Shown: positions 37,892-47,856, numbered from the stretch's first letter. The stretch is DNA of 64,000 bases from an uncultured Nitrospiraceae bacterium (GCA_963846575.1 CAWJWJ010000002.1:288001-352000), one strand, 5' to 3'. Numbers and translations: made by a program. Notes: generated from the sequence alone by a model not told the origin.

Positions 37892-39501
37892 GAACTTCTG
37901 TGGTTCTGCTGATCCTGATGGTGTGCGCGCCCGTCGCCAGCGGACGGGCGAGTGAACCTCAGTCGACACCGGTGGAAAGGCCGGCCGGCAGCGGCGTCAT
38001 TGTCCACCATGATGGATACGTCCTCACCGCGCATCACGTCGTGGCCAACGCCAAGCGGATCACGGTCGTGACGTCGGGAGAATTTCGCGTTCCTGCCCTC
38101 CTGGTCAGCGCCGATGCCGAACACGATCTGGCATTGCTGAAGGTCGAGACCGTCGGCTTCAACGAGGCTCCACTCGGTTACGCCGGAGGGGTGAAGTTGG
38201 ATCAGGAAGTGATCGCCGTCGGATTCCAGTTCGGCCTGCGCGAGATCACGGTCAGCCGTGGACGGGTCGCCGCCGTACGGACGAAAGGCGTGCAGCGGGT
38301 CTTTCAAGTGGATGCGGCGGTGAATCCCGGCAACAGCGGAGGGCCGGTCTTCAACCGCCGCGGCGAGGTCGTGGGGATTCTCACCACGAAGTTCAGCCAT
38401 CCCTCTGGGATCGTCCCTGAAGGCATGGCGTTCGCCGTGCCGATCAGTTATGCGACCCCGCTGTTGGCGAACATCCCGGACTTTGATTTTTCCTCCATCG
38501 GTAAGGTCAGCAAGGAACCCAAACCGAAACAGGAGAGCCCGGGCCTGGTAACCCAGTTGGCGCGCACATCCGTCAGGATCGAGACCGTGAGGATCTCGGC
38601 CGCCGCGACTACCACTCTCCCCCCCGGGCCGACTCCTCCCTCACCAGACAACCGGCAGACTGCTCATCCCTCGACGACTCGTGTGCCGGCCCCTTCCGCC
38701 TCTTCTCTTGAGTTACCCCCGTTGGCGGGTGAGGACGAAGTTGCACGGGTAACTGTTCAGCTTCGGGCTAACCAGCAGGAGGAACTCAAGCGGCTCCGCG
38801 ATCAGGGTCTGACTCCTCCGCAGGGCATGGCGCTGATTCCGGCAGGTGAATTTTTCATGGGAGCGGAGGACGGCCCCGCCGATGCGCGACCGCTCCATCC
38901 TGTCTACCTGAGCGCGTACTGGATCGATGTGCACGGGGTGACGAATGCCGACTATCGGCGGTGCGTCGATCGGGGAGGGTGTCTGCCCCCGAAAGTGCGT
39001 CAGGCATTTGATGACTCGCAGATGGATGCTCATCCGGTGACCAATGTCACCTGGATGCAAGCTCGAGCCTATTGTGAATGGCTGGAAAAGAGGTTGCCCA
39101 CGGAGGCCGAATGGGAGAAAGCGGCGCGTGGGACCGATGGCCGGCGGTATCCTTGGGGCAACGGTGATGAAGTCATTCAACAAGGGAGGCTCCATGTAGG
39201 ACACCCGTTGGCCAACGGTGTCGATTCGATTGAAGCATCGTCGGTCTTGCTTTCACCCTACGGAGTGTCCGGCATGGTCGGAGTGGTGTCTGAATGGGTG
39301 AAAGATTGGTACGCGGAAGACTTTTATCCCACGTCGCCATCACGAGATCCGCAGGGGCCGCTACGCGGAACCTTTCGCGTTCTACGCGGTGGGAGTTGGA
39401 TGGAACGCCCCATTGAATTGCGCACCAGCTATCGCGCGTGGGATGAGATGACGTACTGGGGGCCGACCTTGGGATTCCGCTGTGCGAACGACGTTCCATA
39501 G
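37888..39501 (+). CDS. Secreted trypsin-like serine protease fused to an FGE/SUMF1-like domain
   Basis: Triad LTAHHV / HDLALL / PGNSGGP; Pro-rich linker; RLPTEAEWEKAARG, RVLRGGSW, GFRC; ATGA overlap with upstream gene. Confidence 0.88.
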   Translation: MRTSVVLLILMVCAPVASGRASEPQSTPVERPAGSGVIVHHDGYVLTAHHVVANAKRITVVTSGEFRVPALLVSADAEHDLALLKVETVGFNEAPLGYAGGVKLDQEVIAVGFQFGLREITVSRGRVAAVRTKGVQRVFQVDAAVNPGNSGGPVFNRRGEVVGILTTKFSHPSGIVPEGMAFAVPISYATPLLANIPDFDFSSIGKVSKEPKPKQESPGLVTQLARTSVRIETVRISAAATTTLPPGPTPPSPDNRQTAHPSTTRVPAPSASSLELPPLAGEDEVARVTVQLRANQQEELKRLRDQGLTPPQGMALIPAGEFFMGAEDGPADARPLHPVYLSAYWIDVHGVTNADYRRCVDRGGCLPPKVRQAFDDSQMDAHPVTNVTWMQARAYCEWLEKRLPTEAEWEKAARGTDGRRYPWGNGDEVIQQGRLHVGHPLANGVDSIEASSVLLSPYGVSGMVGVVSEWVKDWYAEDFYPTSPSRDPQGPLRGTFRVLRGGSWMERPIELRTSYRAWDEMTYWGPTLGFRCANDVP

Positions 39502-39801
39502 CCCGGACGACTGGAACGCCCCGATCCCTCTTCCCATCCCCGCTCCCCGCTCGAGCCTCGCCTGGCCGCTCCGACGCTCCGGAAGTCCGACTGGCCCGGC
39601 CTTGCCTGCGGGAAGGCCGGGCGTGCATCCCTGGGTTCTTGTTGGATCGCCCCGGGGCGATGAACGACCGATGAGTTCGCGGAAATAGTCAGAGCCTTGA
39701 GGATTCGATGCGTCTGGACCAGGCCGGTTGCCCCCTTCCGCTCTTCTTCATTGTCGCGTACGATAGGCCCCCAGCCAGCGCGTCTGTGTTCGAATCCTCT
39801 T

Positions 39802-41946
39802 ATGAGATCCACTGCTTCTCGGAAACAAGTTCTGTCTGCGGCGGCGGTGGGGTTGGCCGTCTTCGGTCTGATGGCAACCCTGAACCTCACCGGATGGTTT
39901 GAAGTGGCGGAGCTCAAAGCCTTGGATCATCTTGTGCGGCGGTATGCCGATCCCGCCAAGGCCGATCCCGGCCTGCTTTTGCTGGCAGTAGACGAATCCA
40001 GCCTCGAGGCCTTTGGGCGTTGGCCCTGGCCTCGGGATCGTTTCGGCTACGTCGTACGGTATCTCAAAGAGGCCGGAGCCAAGGCCATTGTCTTCGACGT
40101 CCTCTTCCTGGAACCGGATGCAAACGCCGAAGAATTCGATCAATCGTTTGCCGACGATGTCAAAGCGGCGGGGAATGTCTTTCTGCCAATGTTGTTGCAG
40201 GCGGAACCCGACCGCATCCCCCCTGAAATCCAGGCCCAGGCGACAGTACGGGTAGAGCCGTCCGATGCCGGTCGATTCCTGACGGGAGCACCCTATGCAG
40301 GGCTGAAGCTGCCGATCCCGGTCCTGGCGCAACAGGCGCGCGCCCTGGGCGTCATCAACCTTTCTGCCGACGTGGACGGACCCACCAGGCGCATCCCCCT
40401 CTTAGGCGAAGTCAACGGTCAGCTGGTGCCGCACCTGTCGCTGGCCGTGGCGCAATACCTGCTAGGCGCCACCGTCCTCTCGATTCAGGACAACGGCCTG
40501 CATATCGGCGCGCGGACCGTGCCCATGGGAGTGGACGGGACCATGCTCATTGACTGGCACGGGCCACTGGAGCGAACCTACCATGCCAAAAAGTACTCGA
40601 TCGGCCACGTCTTGCAGGCGTTCGTGCAGCAAGCCAAAGGTGAACGGTCCTCTCTCGATCCGGTGCTTTTCAAGGACAAGGTCGTGTTTATTGCCGGTAC
40701 CGCAGCTGGTTTGTACGATCTCCGCGTGACCCCGTTCTCTTCGGCCAGCCCCGGTGTGCTCATTCACATGGCCGCGCTCGACAATATGCTGCATGGGCAG
40801 GCGCTACAACCGACGCCGCGGTGGTTTAGCCAGGCGACGCTGCTCGTGCTCTGCCTTGTCTCAGCCGGCACCTTCATGTTGTTCCGTTCCTACCGCATCA
40901 AATTCGGGGTCACATTGGGGTTGGCCGTGGCTTATTACGGATTGGTCGTGCATGCCTTTTCCGGACATGAGCGATGGTTGGAGTTGGTCTTTCCTGAAGC
41001 GGCATTGGCGCTCACATTCGGGACGGCTGCGACGGTTGAGTATGTGACCGAAGGGAAGCATCGACGGTTGATGCGAGCAGCCTTCGATAAGTATATGTCC
41101 GCCGAGGTCGTCGAAGAGATCATGCGGAATCCAGAGGCGATCAAACTGGGTGGTGAGAAGCGGGAACTGTCGATCTTCTTCTCCGACATCGCGGGGTTTA
41201 CCACCATTTCTGAAACAATGGCGCCGGAAGATCTTGTGGCTTTGCTCAATCGCTACCTGTCGGCCATGACAACCATCATCAAAAACCATCACCGCGGCAA
41301 CGTGAACAAGTATCTGGGTGACGGAATCATGGCGCTCTTCGGTGCCCCGCTGGAAGATTCCAGACATGCCACACTCGCTTGTTATGCGGCGCTGGACTGC
41401 CAGGTTGAGCTGTCCCGGCTCCGGGAGACCTGGACCCAAGAAGGACTTCCGGAGATCGGAGCCAGAATCGGTATTAATTCAGGGCCCTGTATCGTCGGCA
41501 ACATGGGCTCCGATGAACGGATGGAGTATACGGTCATGGGTGACAGCGTGAATCTGGCCTCGCGGCTCGAAGGCGCGAGCAAGTTTTACGACACGCTGAT
41601 TCTGATCGGGCAACGGACCGCCGAATTGGCCCGGGAGGACGTTGAAGTGCGGGAGATCGATCTGCTACGAGTGAAGGGCAAGAAGGAGCCGGTCGTCGTG
41701 TATGAACTGCTGGGCCGCAAGGGGCAACTGGATGAGCGGAAGCGGCGGGTTGTCGAGCTCTACCTGGACGGGCTGGCGGCGTACAAAATGCGGAATCTCT
41801 CGACCGCCTGCGCACGCTTTTCAGAAGCGATGAACCTGGACCCCTCGGATGGGCCTTCACGGGTCTACCTGGATCGATCGACGGCCTATCAACAGAACCC
41901 TCCGCCACCGGACTGGGACGGGGTGTATGAATTGACATCCAAATAA
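39802..41946 (+). CDS. CHASE2-domain class III adenylate cyclase with C-terminal TPR-like tail
   Basis: GRWPWPR, FDVLF, PGVLIH; three TMs; FSDIAGFT, KYLGDG, YTVMGDSVNLASRLE, VKGK. Confidence 0.93.
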   Translation: MRSTASRKQVLSAAAVGLAVFGLMATLNLTGWFEVAELKALDHLVRRYADPAKADPGLLLLAVDESSLEAFGRWPWPRDRFGYVVRYLKEAGAKAIVFDVLFLEPDANAEEFDQSFADDVKAAGNVFLPMLLQAEPDRIPPEIQAQATVRVEPSDAGRFLTGAPYAGLKLPIPVLAQQARALGVINLSADVDGPTRRIPLLGEVNGQLVPHLSLAVAQYLLGATVLSIQDNGLHIGARTVPMGVDGTMLIDWHGPLERTYHAKKYSIGHVLQAFVQQAKGERSSLDPVLFKDKVVFIAGTAAGLYDLRVTPFSSASPGVLIHMAALDNMLHGQALQPTPRWFSQATLLVLCLVSAGTFMLFRSYRIKFGVTLGLAVAYYGLVVHAFSGHERWLELVFPEAALALTFGTAATVEYVTEGKHRRLMRAAFDKYMSAEVVEEIMRNPEAIKLGGEKRELSIFFSDIAGFTTISETMAPEDLVALLNRYLSAMTTIIKNHHRGNVNKYLGDGIMALFGAPLEDSRHATLACYAALDCQVELSRLRETWTQEGLPEIGARIGINSGPCIVGNMGSDERMEYTVMGDSVNLASRLEGASKFYDTLILIGQRTAELAREDVEVREIDLLRVKGKKEPVVVYELLGRKGQLDERKRRVVELYLDGLAAYKMRNLSTACARFSEAMNLDPSDGPSRVYLDRSTAYQQNPPPPDWDGVYELTSK

Positions 41947-41972
41947 ACCGCTGTTCTCAAGGGGAGGAACCT

Positions 41973-42485
41973 GTGACACCACTACGATCGTTCTGGGTGC
42001 CGCTTATCATTCTGTGCCTCGGGCTGGTCGTCTGGAGGGTGGACGCATCGGCCGAGACGCTCTACGTGCAAGCGAAGCAGGCGCAACTGCGTGCCGGAAA
42101 AACCTCTTTGGACGCGGTGGTCGGGAACGTGAAGTTCGGTGATCCGCTCGAGGTCGTCGGTCGGGATGGCAATTGGGTGGAGGTCAAAACGCCGACCGGT
42201 GCGCGAGGATGGATTTTTGCCAACAAAACGACGCCATCGAAGCCTTCCGGTAGCAATGATAGCCTGGCCAGGCTCGGTCAGAGCATGCGAGGGGGAGATG
42301 CTTCCGCGACGACGGCCTCGGCCGGCGCGCGAGGACTGGACAAGGCTTCAGAGGGCTATGCCAACCGGGCCGGAGTCTCTGCGCGTGATCGGGAGGCTGT
42401 GGATCGTATGACGTCCTACCAGATCCCGGACCAGGAGGTGGAGGAGTTTCTGCGGGAAGGAGGGCTCGGTGAATATGCCAAATAA
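41973..42485 (+). CDS. Secreted SH3b-domain protein
   Basis: GGGGAGG SD with GTG start; signal peptide; LR.G..V..V.FGDPLEV...GNWVEV....GWI; ASAGARGL motif. Confidence 0.82.
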   Translation: MTPLRSFWVPLIILCLGLVVWRVDASAETLYVQAKQAQLRAGKTSLDAVVGNVKFGDPLEVVGRDGNWVEVKTPTGARGWIFANKTTPSKPSGSNDSLARLGQSMRGGDASATTASAGARGLDKASEGYANRAGVSARDREAVDRMTSYQIPDQEVEEFLREGGLGEYAK

Positions 42486-43341
42486 GCGTCGCATCCTGGT
42501 GAGTCTGGTCGCGTGCGCGCTGGCGCTTGGTGGTTGTGCCGAGATGCAACGGGCGGCGGAAGATGCCGCCAAGCAATCGGGGAATCCGCGATTGGCGGGT
42601 GCCATCAAGGGTGCGGGGAATGTCGTCGGCAGCCTCCTGCCCATCGGCTATGAGGAAGAGTCGTCCATCGGACAGGCGATGGCATTACAGGTCATGGCGC
42701 GCTACGGCGGAGTCGTGGATCAGCCTGAGTTGGTCCGGTACGTAAATCTGGTGGGGAGGGCGGTGGCCAACACGTCCGACCGGCCCGACATTCCGTACCG
42801 CGTCGCCATCCTGGAACACGATTCGATCAATGCCTTTGCCGCTCCAGCCGGGTATATCTTCCTCACGCGCGGGCTACTGAAACAGATCCGGAACGAGGCG
42901 GAACTTGCCGCCGTTCTGGGACACGAAATCGCCCATGTGAGTGAAAAGCACATTCTGGATGTCATTCAACGGAGCAAGCGTCTGGCCGGTGTGACGGAGG
43001 CAGGATTGTCCTATGCCACCAATAATCCCGGAGCGTTCAAAGGCGTGATCGACGGCGCCGTTAAAAAATTGCTGGATGAAGGCCTCGATCAAGACAAGGA
43101 AACCGAGGCCGACAGGGTGGGTGAAGTGTTCGCGACACGAGTCGGATACGATTCAGGCGCCTATGTCGCGCTGTTGACGCGGCTGCGTGAACTTAAAGGC
43201 GATGACCAGGCCTTTTTCAAAACCCACCCCAACTTTTCAGCCCGGATCGAAGCGGTGCAGCAGACGATTCGCACCAGACATCTTCCGGCAACGGGACTCT
43301 TGCTGCAGGATCGATTTGTGCGTATGACGAAACGAGTCTAG
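42475..43341 (+). CDS. M48-family zinc metallopeptidase lipoprotein
   Basis: Lipobox LGGC; INAFAAPAG, GHEIAH, ETEAD, THP...RI. Confidence 0.92.
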   Translation: MPNKRRILVSLVACALALGGCAEMQRAAEDAAKQSGNPRLAGAIKGAGNVVGSLLPIGYEEESSIGQAMALQVMARYGGVVDQPELVRYVNLVGRAVANTSDRPDIPYRVAILEHDSINAFAAPAGYIFLTRGLLKQIRNEAELAAVLGHEIAHVSEKHILDVIQRSKRLAGVTEAGLSYATNNPGAFKGVIDGAVKKLLDEGLDQDKETEADRVGEVFATRVGYDSGAYVALLTRLRELKGDDQAFFKTHPNFSARIEAVQQTIRTRHLPATGLLLQDRFVRMTKRV

Positions 43342-43404
43342 ACGGAGAGTGCCTGCCCTTTGCCCGCTCGTCTCCACCTCCAGGCAGACGGCGGCCGTGG
43401 GATC

Positions 43405-45351
43405 TCAGTCGGGCGTCGCGGGGGGAAACCGGAAGGTGCACGACGTTCCGTTTCCCGTGGGGCTCGCGATGACGAAACTTCCGCCGTTGTCTTCGACCAG
43501 GCGCTTGACGTTCGTCAGCCCGAGTCCGGTTCCGTAATCTTTCGTCGTAAAAAACGGCTCGAAGATCCTGGCACAATACTCGGGGGCAATGCCGGTCCCA
43601 TTATCCGTCACGTCAATTTCCACGTCGCCCTCGTCTCCCAGCCGGGTGGTAAGGATCATCCTGCCTCCGTCCGGCATGGCTTCTCGCGCGTTGATCAGAA
43701 CGTTCATTAAGGCCTCCTTGATCTGTTCCGGATCGACATGGACGGCGGGCAGATCGGCGCCCAACCGATGCTCAACCTGAATCCGTTCGTGCCCGCCTTG
43801 CGCCTCCCACTGCCGTTGAGCCGCTTGGAGCACCTCCTCGGCGGCGACGATCTGTTTGTCCGGTGGTTTCTGTCTGGCGTACCGGAGAAAGTCATGGAGG
43901 CGGTGCGAAAGTTTGTCGACTTCGTCGATGATATACCCTGCCATTTCCTGGCGAATGCTTTCCTCCTGCGGACCGGCGAGCACCACTTGCGCGCTGCTCC
44001 GGATCACCCCGAGGGGGTTGCGTAGATCGTGGGCCAGCGCGGCGAGGAGTTGCCCAACGGAGGCCAGTTTTTCCTGCCGGATCAGCTCATGCTGCTGGGA
44101 TCGGATCGTCCGCAGATTTTCCTCCAAGACCTGTTTCATCGCCGCAAAACTCGTGGCGAGATCTTCAATCTCGTCGCCGGTGTGATATTCCACCGGGAGG
44201 GCCGGCACGAGTGACGGGCTCGAGGTGCCGCTGGGCGCTAGCGCCAGAAGATGGCGCAGCCCTTCGGCTTCGCGTTGGAGTGCTGCGAGCGGCTTGACGA
44301 TGCGGTAGCCGACCAGAAATCCGAAGGCCGAGAGCCCGAGGACGAGTCCGAAGCCGACCAGCCCCACTGTCACCAGCAATGAGTAGATCGGGGCATAGGT
44401 TTCTTCTGGGGCCTGCCGGATGAAGGCGTACCACCGGTCGCCTCCCAGGCTGGAAGGCGTCAGATGATGACTGAAATGAACCGGCGCGGCTCCGACGATG
44501 GCATCGCGGCCGCCATGCGCGTCATCTTCCGCCACCAGCCACAGAGGGTGGTCCAAAGTCAGTTTGCTCAGCAGGACAGGGGGGATCAAGTGAGCGGTCG
44601 GCGGGAGTACGGGGCAGATCAACGGGGTGCCCTGCGTGTCGAGGAGCATGCCATGCCCGGTGTTGCCGATGTGAATCGGGAGAATCATGTTGGTAAGCAG
44701 GCTGCGACGAATCACGAGCCCGACCGCACCGATGGGCGTGCCCTTGGCTTCATCGAGGATCGGAACCGCCACGTGGAAGAGCGCGTCATTGGTTCGCGCG
44801 TCCGGCGCCAGGCCGCTGACGTAGTAGGTTCCGGGGCTCGCGCGGATGGCCTCACGCCACCAGTCCTGCCCCGCCTGTTGCGACGGGAGCAGCGGATCGG
44901 TCGATGCCACGACCTGTCCCTGCTGATCGGCCACGGTGATCCGCACATAGTGACCGGACTCGCGCGCCCATTCTTCCAGATACCGGACGGTGGTGGTCAC
45001 TGCTTCGGAGTTGTTTCGGTCTCGCAGCGGCGCGTCTGGCGGTGAACGACGGAAGGCGCTGTCCGCGTGATGTCTTGCGCGCTCATTCGCGAGCATGACC
45101 GGTTGCCGGACATGGAGGGGGACAAGCGCCAATCGGATGGCCCGGTCGACTTCGTTGTCAACGGCGGCGGCCAATCGAATGGCGGTCGAGCGGGCGATCT
45201 CCTGAAACCCCTCACCGATGGCTTGCTTGAGGCTGTCGGTGCTGGAGCGGTAGGTGACCCAGAGGGCCGCAACGCCGGGCACGATGCCGACAATCAGCAG
45301 CGCAACGAACAACTTCCTCTGGAGCCCGCCCGTTCGCCGCGTGGGACGCAT
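43405..45351 (-). CDS. Sensor histidine kinase (periplasmic Cache-like, HAMP, HisKA, HATPase)
   Basis: Two TMs, TGDEIEDLA, LAHDLRNPL, NAREAM, DNGTGI, FEPFFTTK, GTGLGL; ATG overlaps the regulator stop. Confidence 0.93.
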   Translation of the reverse strand: MRPTRRTGGLQRKLFVALLIVGIVPGVAALWVTYRSSTDSLKQAIGEGFQEIARSTAIRLAAAVDNEVDRAIRLALVPLHVRQPVMLANERARHHADSAFRRSPPDAPLRDRNNSEAVTTTVRYLEEWARESGHYVRITVADQQGQVVASTDPLLPSQQAGQDWWREAIRASPGTYYVSGLAPDARTNDALFHVAVPILDEAKGTPIGAVGLVIRRSLLTNMILPIHIGNTGHGMLLDTQGTPLICPVLPPTAHLIPPVLLSKLTLDHPLWLVAEDDAHGGRDAIVGAAPVHFSHHLTPSSLGGDRWYAFIRQAPEETYAPIYSLLVTVGLVGFGLVLGLSAFGFLVGYRIVKPLAALQREAEGLRHLLALAPSGTSSPSLVPALPVEYHTGDEIEDLATSFAAMKQVLEENLRTIRSQQHELIRQEKLASVGQLLAALAHDLRNPLGVIRSSAQVVLAGPQEESIRQEMAGYIIDEVDKLSHRLHDFLRYARQKPPDKQIVAAEEVLQAAQRQWEAQGGHERIQVEHRLGADLPAVHVDPEQIKEALMNVLINAREAMPDGGRMILTTRLGDEGDVEIDVTDNGTGIAPEYCARIFEPFFTTKDYGTGLGLTNVKRLVEDNGGSFVIASPTGNGTSCTFRFPPATPD

Positions 45352-46736
45352 CAACCTGAAGGCTGCGACAGATTATGTTTCGCCATACGATACCGCAACG
45401 TATTGCGTGTGATTTTGAGTAGCCGGCTGGCTTCCGACACGTTTCCGCGGGTCTTTTGCAGGGCTTCCTGGAGCATCGCCTTTTCGACTTCGTCCACCGA
45501 GAGTCCCAGTGAAAGGAGTGAGGGAGAATCGGCCGACGCGACGTGCTGGTGCAGAGATGGAGCTTTGAGCGAGGCCGGAAGATGGTCCGGCGCGATTTCC
45601 TCCTGCTTGCACGTGATGGTCAGCCATTCTACGACGTTGTGGAGTTCACGCACATTGCCCGGCCAGTCATACTGGTGCAGCACGGACATGGCTTCCGGAG
45701 ACACGCGCCGGATGCGGCTGCCGCGTTCTCTGCGGGCCCGGTCCAAAAATTGAAGCAGAATCGGTTCGATATCCTCGGGACGTTCCCGCAACGCAGGCAT
45801 CCGGAGCTGATAAACGTTCAGCCGATAGTAGAGATCCAGTCGAAAGCGACCGGCCTTGATGAGATCGGGCAACTCCTGGTTTGTCGCGGCGATCACGCGG
45901 ATATCGACGGTGAGACTTCGTACTCCCCCCAGCGGTTCCACCACATGCTGCTCAAGGACCCTGAGCAGCTTCGCTTGCGCCGCCAGGCTCAATTCTCCGA
46001 TTTCGTCCAGGAACAGCGTGCCGCCATCAGCCAGCTGAAAACGTCCCGGCTTGGCTTTCTTGGCATCGGTGAACGCACCCTTCTCATATCCGAACAGTTC
46101 GGATTCCAACAGGTGTTCGGGAATGCCGGCGCAGTTCAACGCGACCATCGGTCCCTGGGCGCGCGGGCTGACGAGATGAATCGCCCGGGCAAGCAGGTCT
46201 TTGCCCGTTCCGCTCTCGCCCGTGATGAGTACGGTGGCGTCGGTTTGCGCCACCTCTTGGGCCAGGCGCTTCACGAGCTCCATTTGTTTGGAGACGCTGA
46301 TAATCCGATCGAATCCGAACTGCTCATGTAACCCTGCCCGCAGACTGCGATTGTCCCTGGCCAACTGCCGGACTTGCAAAGCGCGGGCAATAACAATCTT
46401 CAACTCTTCATTGTCGACGGGCTTGGAAATATAGTCGTAGGCACCCTTCTGCATCGCTTCCACGGCCGACTTGACGGTTCCGTACCCTGTCACGATGAGT
46501 ACCGGTACCTCTGGCAGTTGTTGACGCGCGGCCTCCAGCACGTCCATCCCCGACAGGGTTCCCACCTGCAGATCCGTAATGATCATGTCGAAGTTGCCAT
46601 GGTCGTGGATGAGGCTGATCGCCTCGGCTCCGGAACGTGCCGTGAGCAACTCATAGCCAGCCGGCTTCAGCACCAGCTCGAAGAGCCGGAGCATCCGTGC
46701 CTCGTCTTCCACGATCAGGAGGGTTGGTGCCTGCAT
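45351..46736 (-). CDS. NtrC-family sigma54-dependent response regulator
   Basis: REC; GESGTGKD, ESELFG..GAFTDA, FLDEIG, WPGNVREL; Fis HTH. Confidence 0.96.
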   Translation of the reverse strand: MQAPTLLIVEDEARMLRLFELVLKPAGYELLTARSGAEAISLIHDHGNFDMIITDLQVGTLSGMDVLEAARQQLPEVPVLIVTGYGTVKSAVEAMQKGAYDYISKPVDNEELKIVIARALQVRQLARDNRSLRAGLHEQFGFDRIISVSKQMELVKRLAQEVAQTDATVLITGESGTGKDLLARAIHLVSPRAQGPMVALNCAGIPEHLLESELFGYEKGAFTDAKKAKPGRFQLADGGTLFLDEIGELSLAAQAKLLRVLEQHVVEPLGGVRSLTVDIRVIAATNQELPDLIKAGRFRLDLYYRLNVYQLRMPALRERPEDIEPILLQFLDRARRERGSRIRRVSPEAMSVLHQYDWPGNVRELHNVVEWLTITCKQEEIAPDHLPASLKAPSLHQHVASADSPSLLSLGLSVDEVEKAMLQEALQKTRGNVSEASRLLKITRNTLRYRMAKHNLSQPSG

Positions 46737-46827
46737 GGTGCCTCAACCGATGGAGAGCGCTTCTCGTGGGCTCGAGGACATGGGCAGGTAGCCTACCACT
46801 ATCAGCAGAACAGGAACAGTGGGGTGG

Positions 46828-47856
46828 TTATCGGGGACCATGGTTCGGCGAAGGTGTATCGGGTGAGTGGTCGGCGGGCCCGGTTTCGTTGGCCAGCGCC
46901 CAGGCCAGGTTGCGCTGCAGCCCAAGGTATTTTGCCCGCCGAATGGGACTCTGTTTGAACGTGGTGGCGAAGGTTTGTTCGTTCATGTTCGTCATCATCA
47001 GCAGCGAAGGAGCACTCGTGAGCGAGGAGGAGTGAAAGCCCGGCTCACGGGTTGGTTCCGCCTGGAGGTTGTAGGGACAAATATCCAAACAATCATCGCA
47101 GCCGAAAATCCGATTGCCCAGTCCCCGCCGGAGGTCCTCCGCCAGCGGGGGCTCCGTTCCGCGGAGCTCGATGGTGAGGTACGAGATGCATCGGCCTGCA
47201 TCCACCACATAGGGCTCAGTGATCGCGCCGGTGGGACAGGCTTGAATACAGAGGGTACAGCTCCCGCAAAGGTCGGTTCCCGCCTCATCGGGGTCTAACT
47301 CCGCAGTCGTCAGGATTTCACCCAAAAGCAGCCAGGAGCCGAATTGCGCTGAGACGAGATTGGAATGTTTGCCGATCCAGCCGAGGCCGGCCTGTTGCGC
47401 CCAGGCCTTTTCCATGACGGGTCCGGTATCGACATAGGCGCGCTGGCGACTGTCTGGAGCCAGCGTACTGATGCGGTCGGCCAGTTGGGTCAGCCGGTCG
47501 CCGAGGATTTGATGGTAGTCGGTGCCCCAGGCATAGCGGGCGATGCGCCCGTTTCCGGGACGTTCGTCGGCCCGTGTCTCCGTGTAATAGTTCATGCCAA
47601 CGGAAATGAGAGCGCGACAACCGGGCAACACGCGGGTTGGATCGGCTCGACGTTCCGGGTCACGGGCCATCCAGGCCATGGTCGCGTGGAATCCGCGCTG
47701 GAGCCATTGGTGTAACCGGCCGAGGAGTTGACCAGCGGGGGGCGAATGATCCTGGTCCGGGGAGAAGGGTGCCGGCGGCAGAATGCTGATGCCGACGGCG
47801 TCGAAACCAAGTTCGCGGGCGGCTTGTTTGATCTCACGTGTGAGCGAGGCGGACAT
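46828..47856 (-). CDS. queG: Epoxyqueuosine reductase
   Basis: ARYAWG.DYH, VDTGPVMEK, CGSCTLCIQACPT, CISYLTIE, FGCDDCLDICP. Confidence 0.95.
   Translation of the reverse strand: MSASLTREIKQAARELGFDAVGISILPPAPFSPDQDHSPPAGQLLGRLHQWLQRGFHATMAWMARDPERRADPTRVLPGCRALISVGMNYYTETRADERPGNGRIARYAWGTDYHQILGDRLTQLADRISTLAPDSRQRAYVDTGPVMEKAWAQQAGLGWIGKHSNLVSAQFGSWLLLGEILTTAELDPDEAGTDLCGSCTLCIQACPTGAITEPYVVDAGRCISYLTIELRGTEPPLAEDLRRGLGNRIFGCDDCLDICPYNLQAEPTREPGFHSSSLTSAPSLLMMTNMNEQTFATTFKQSPIRRAKYLGLQRNLAWALANETGPADHSPDTPSPNHGPR

Noticed and set aside
39370..39800. FGE/CLec C-terminus as a diversity-generating retroelement target; 11-bp repeat TGGAACGCCCC at 39401 and 39512
   Set aside because: No long adenine-variant template repeat and no reverse transcriptase in the window; the match is short enough to be chance
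46063..46080. GAFTDA instead of GAFTGA as loss of sigma54 contact
   Set aside because: Common variant that keeps the critical F and T
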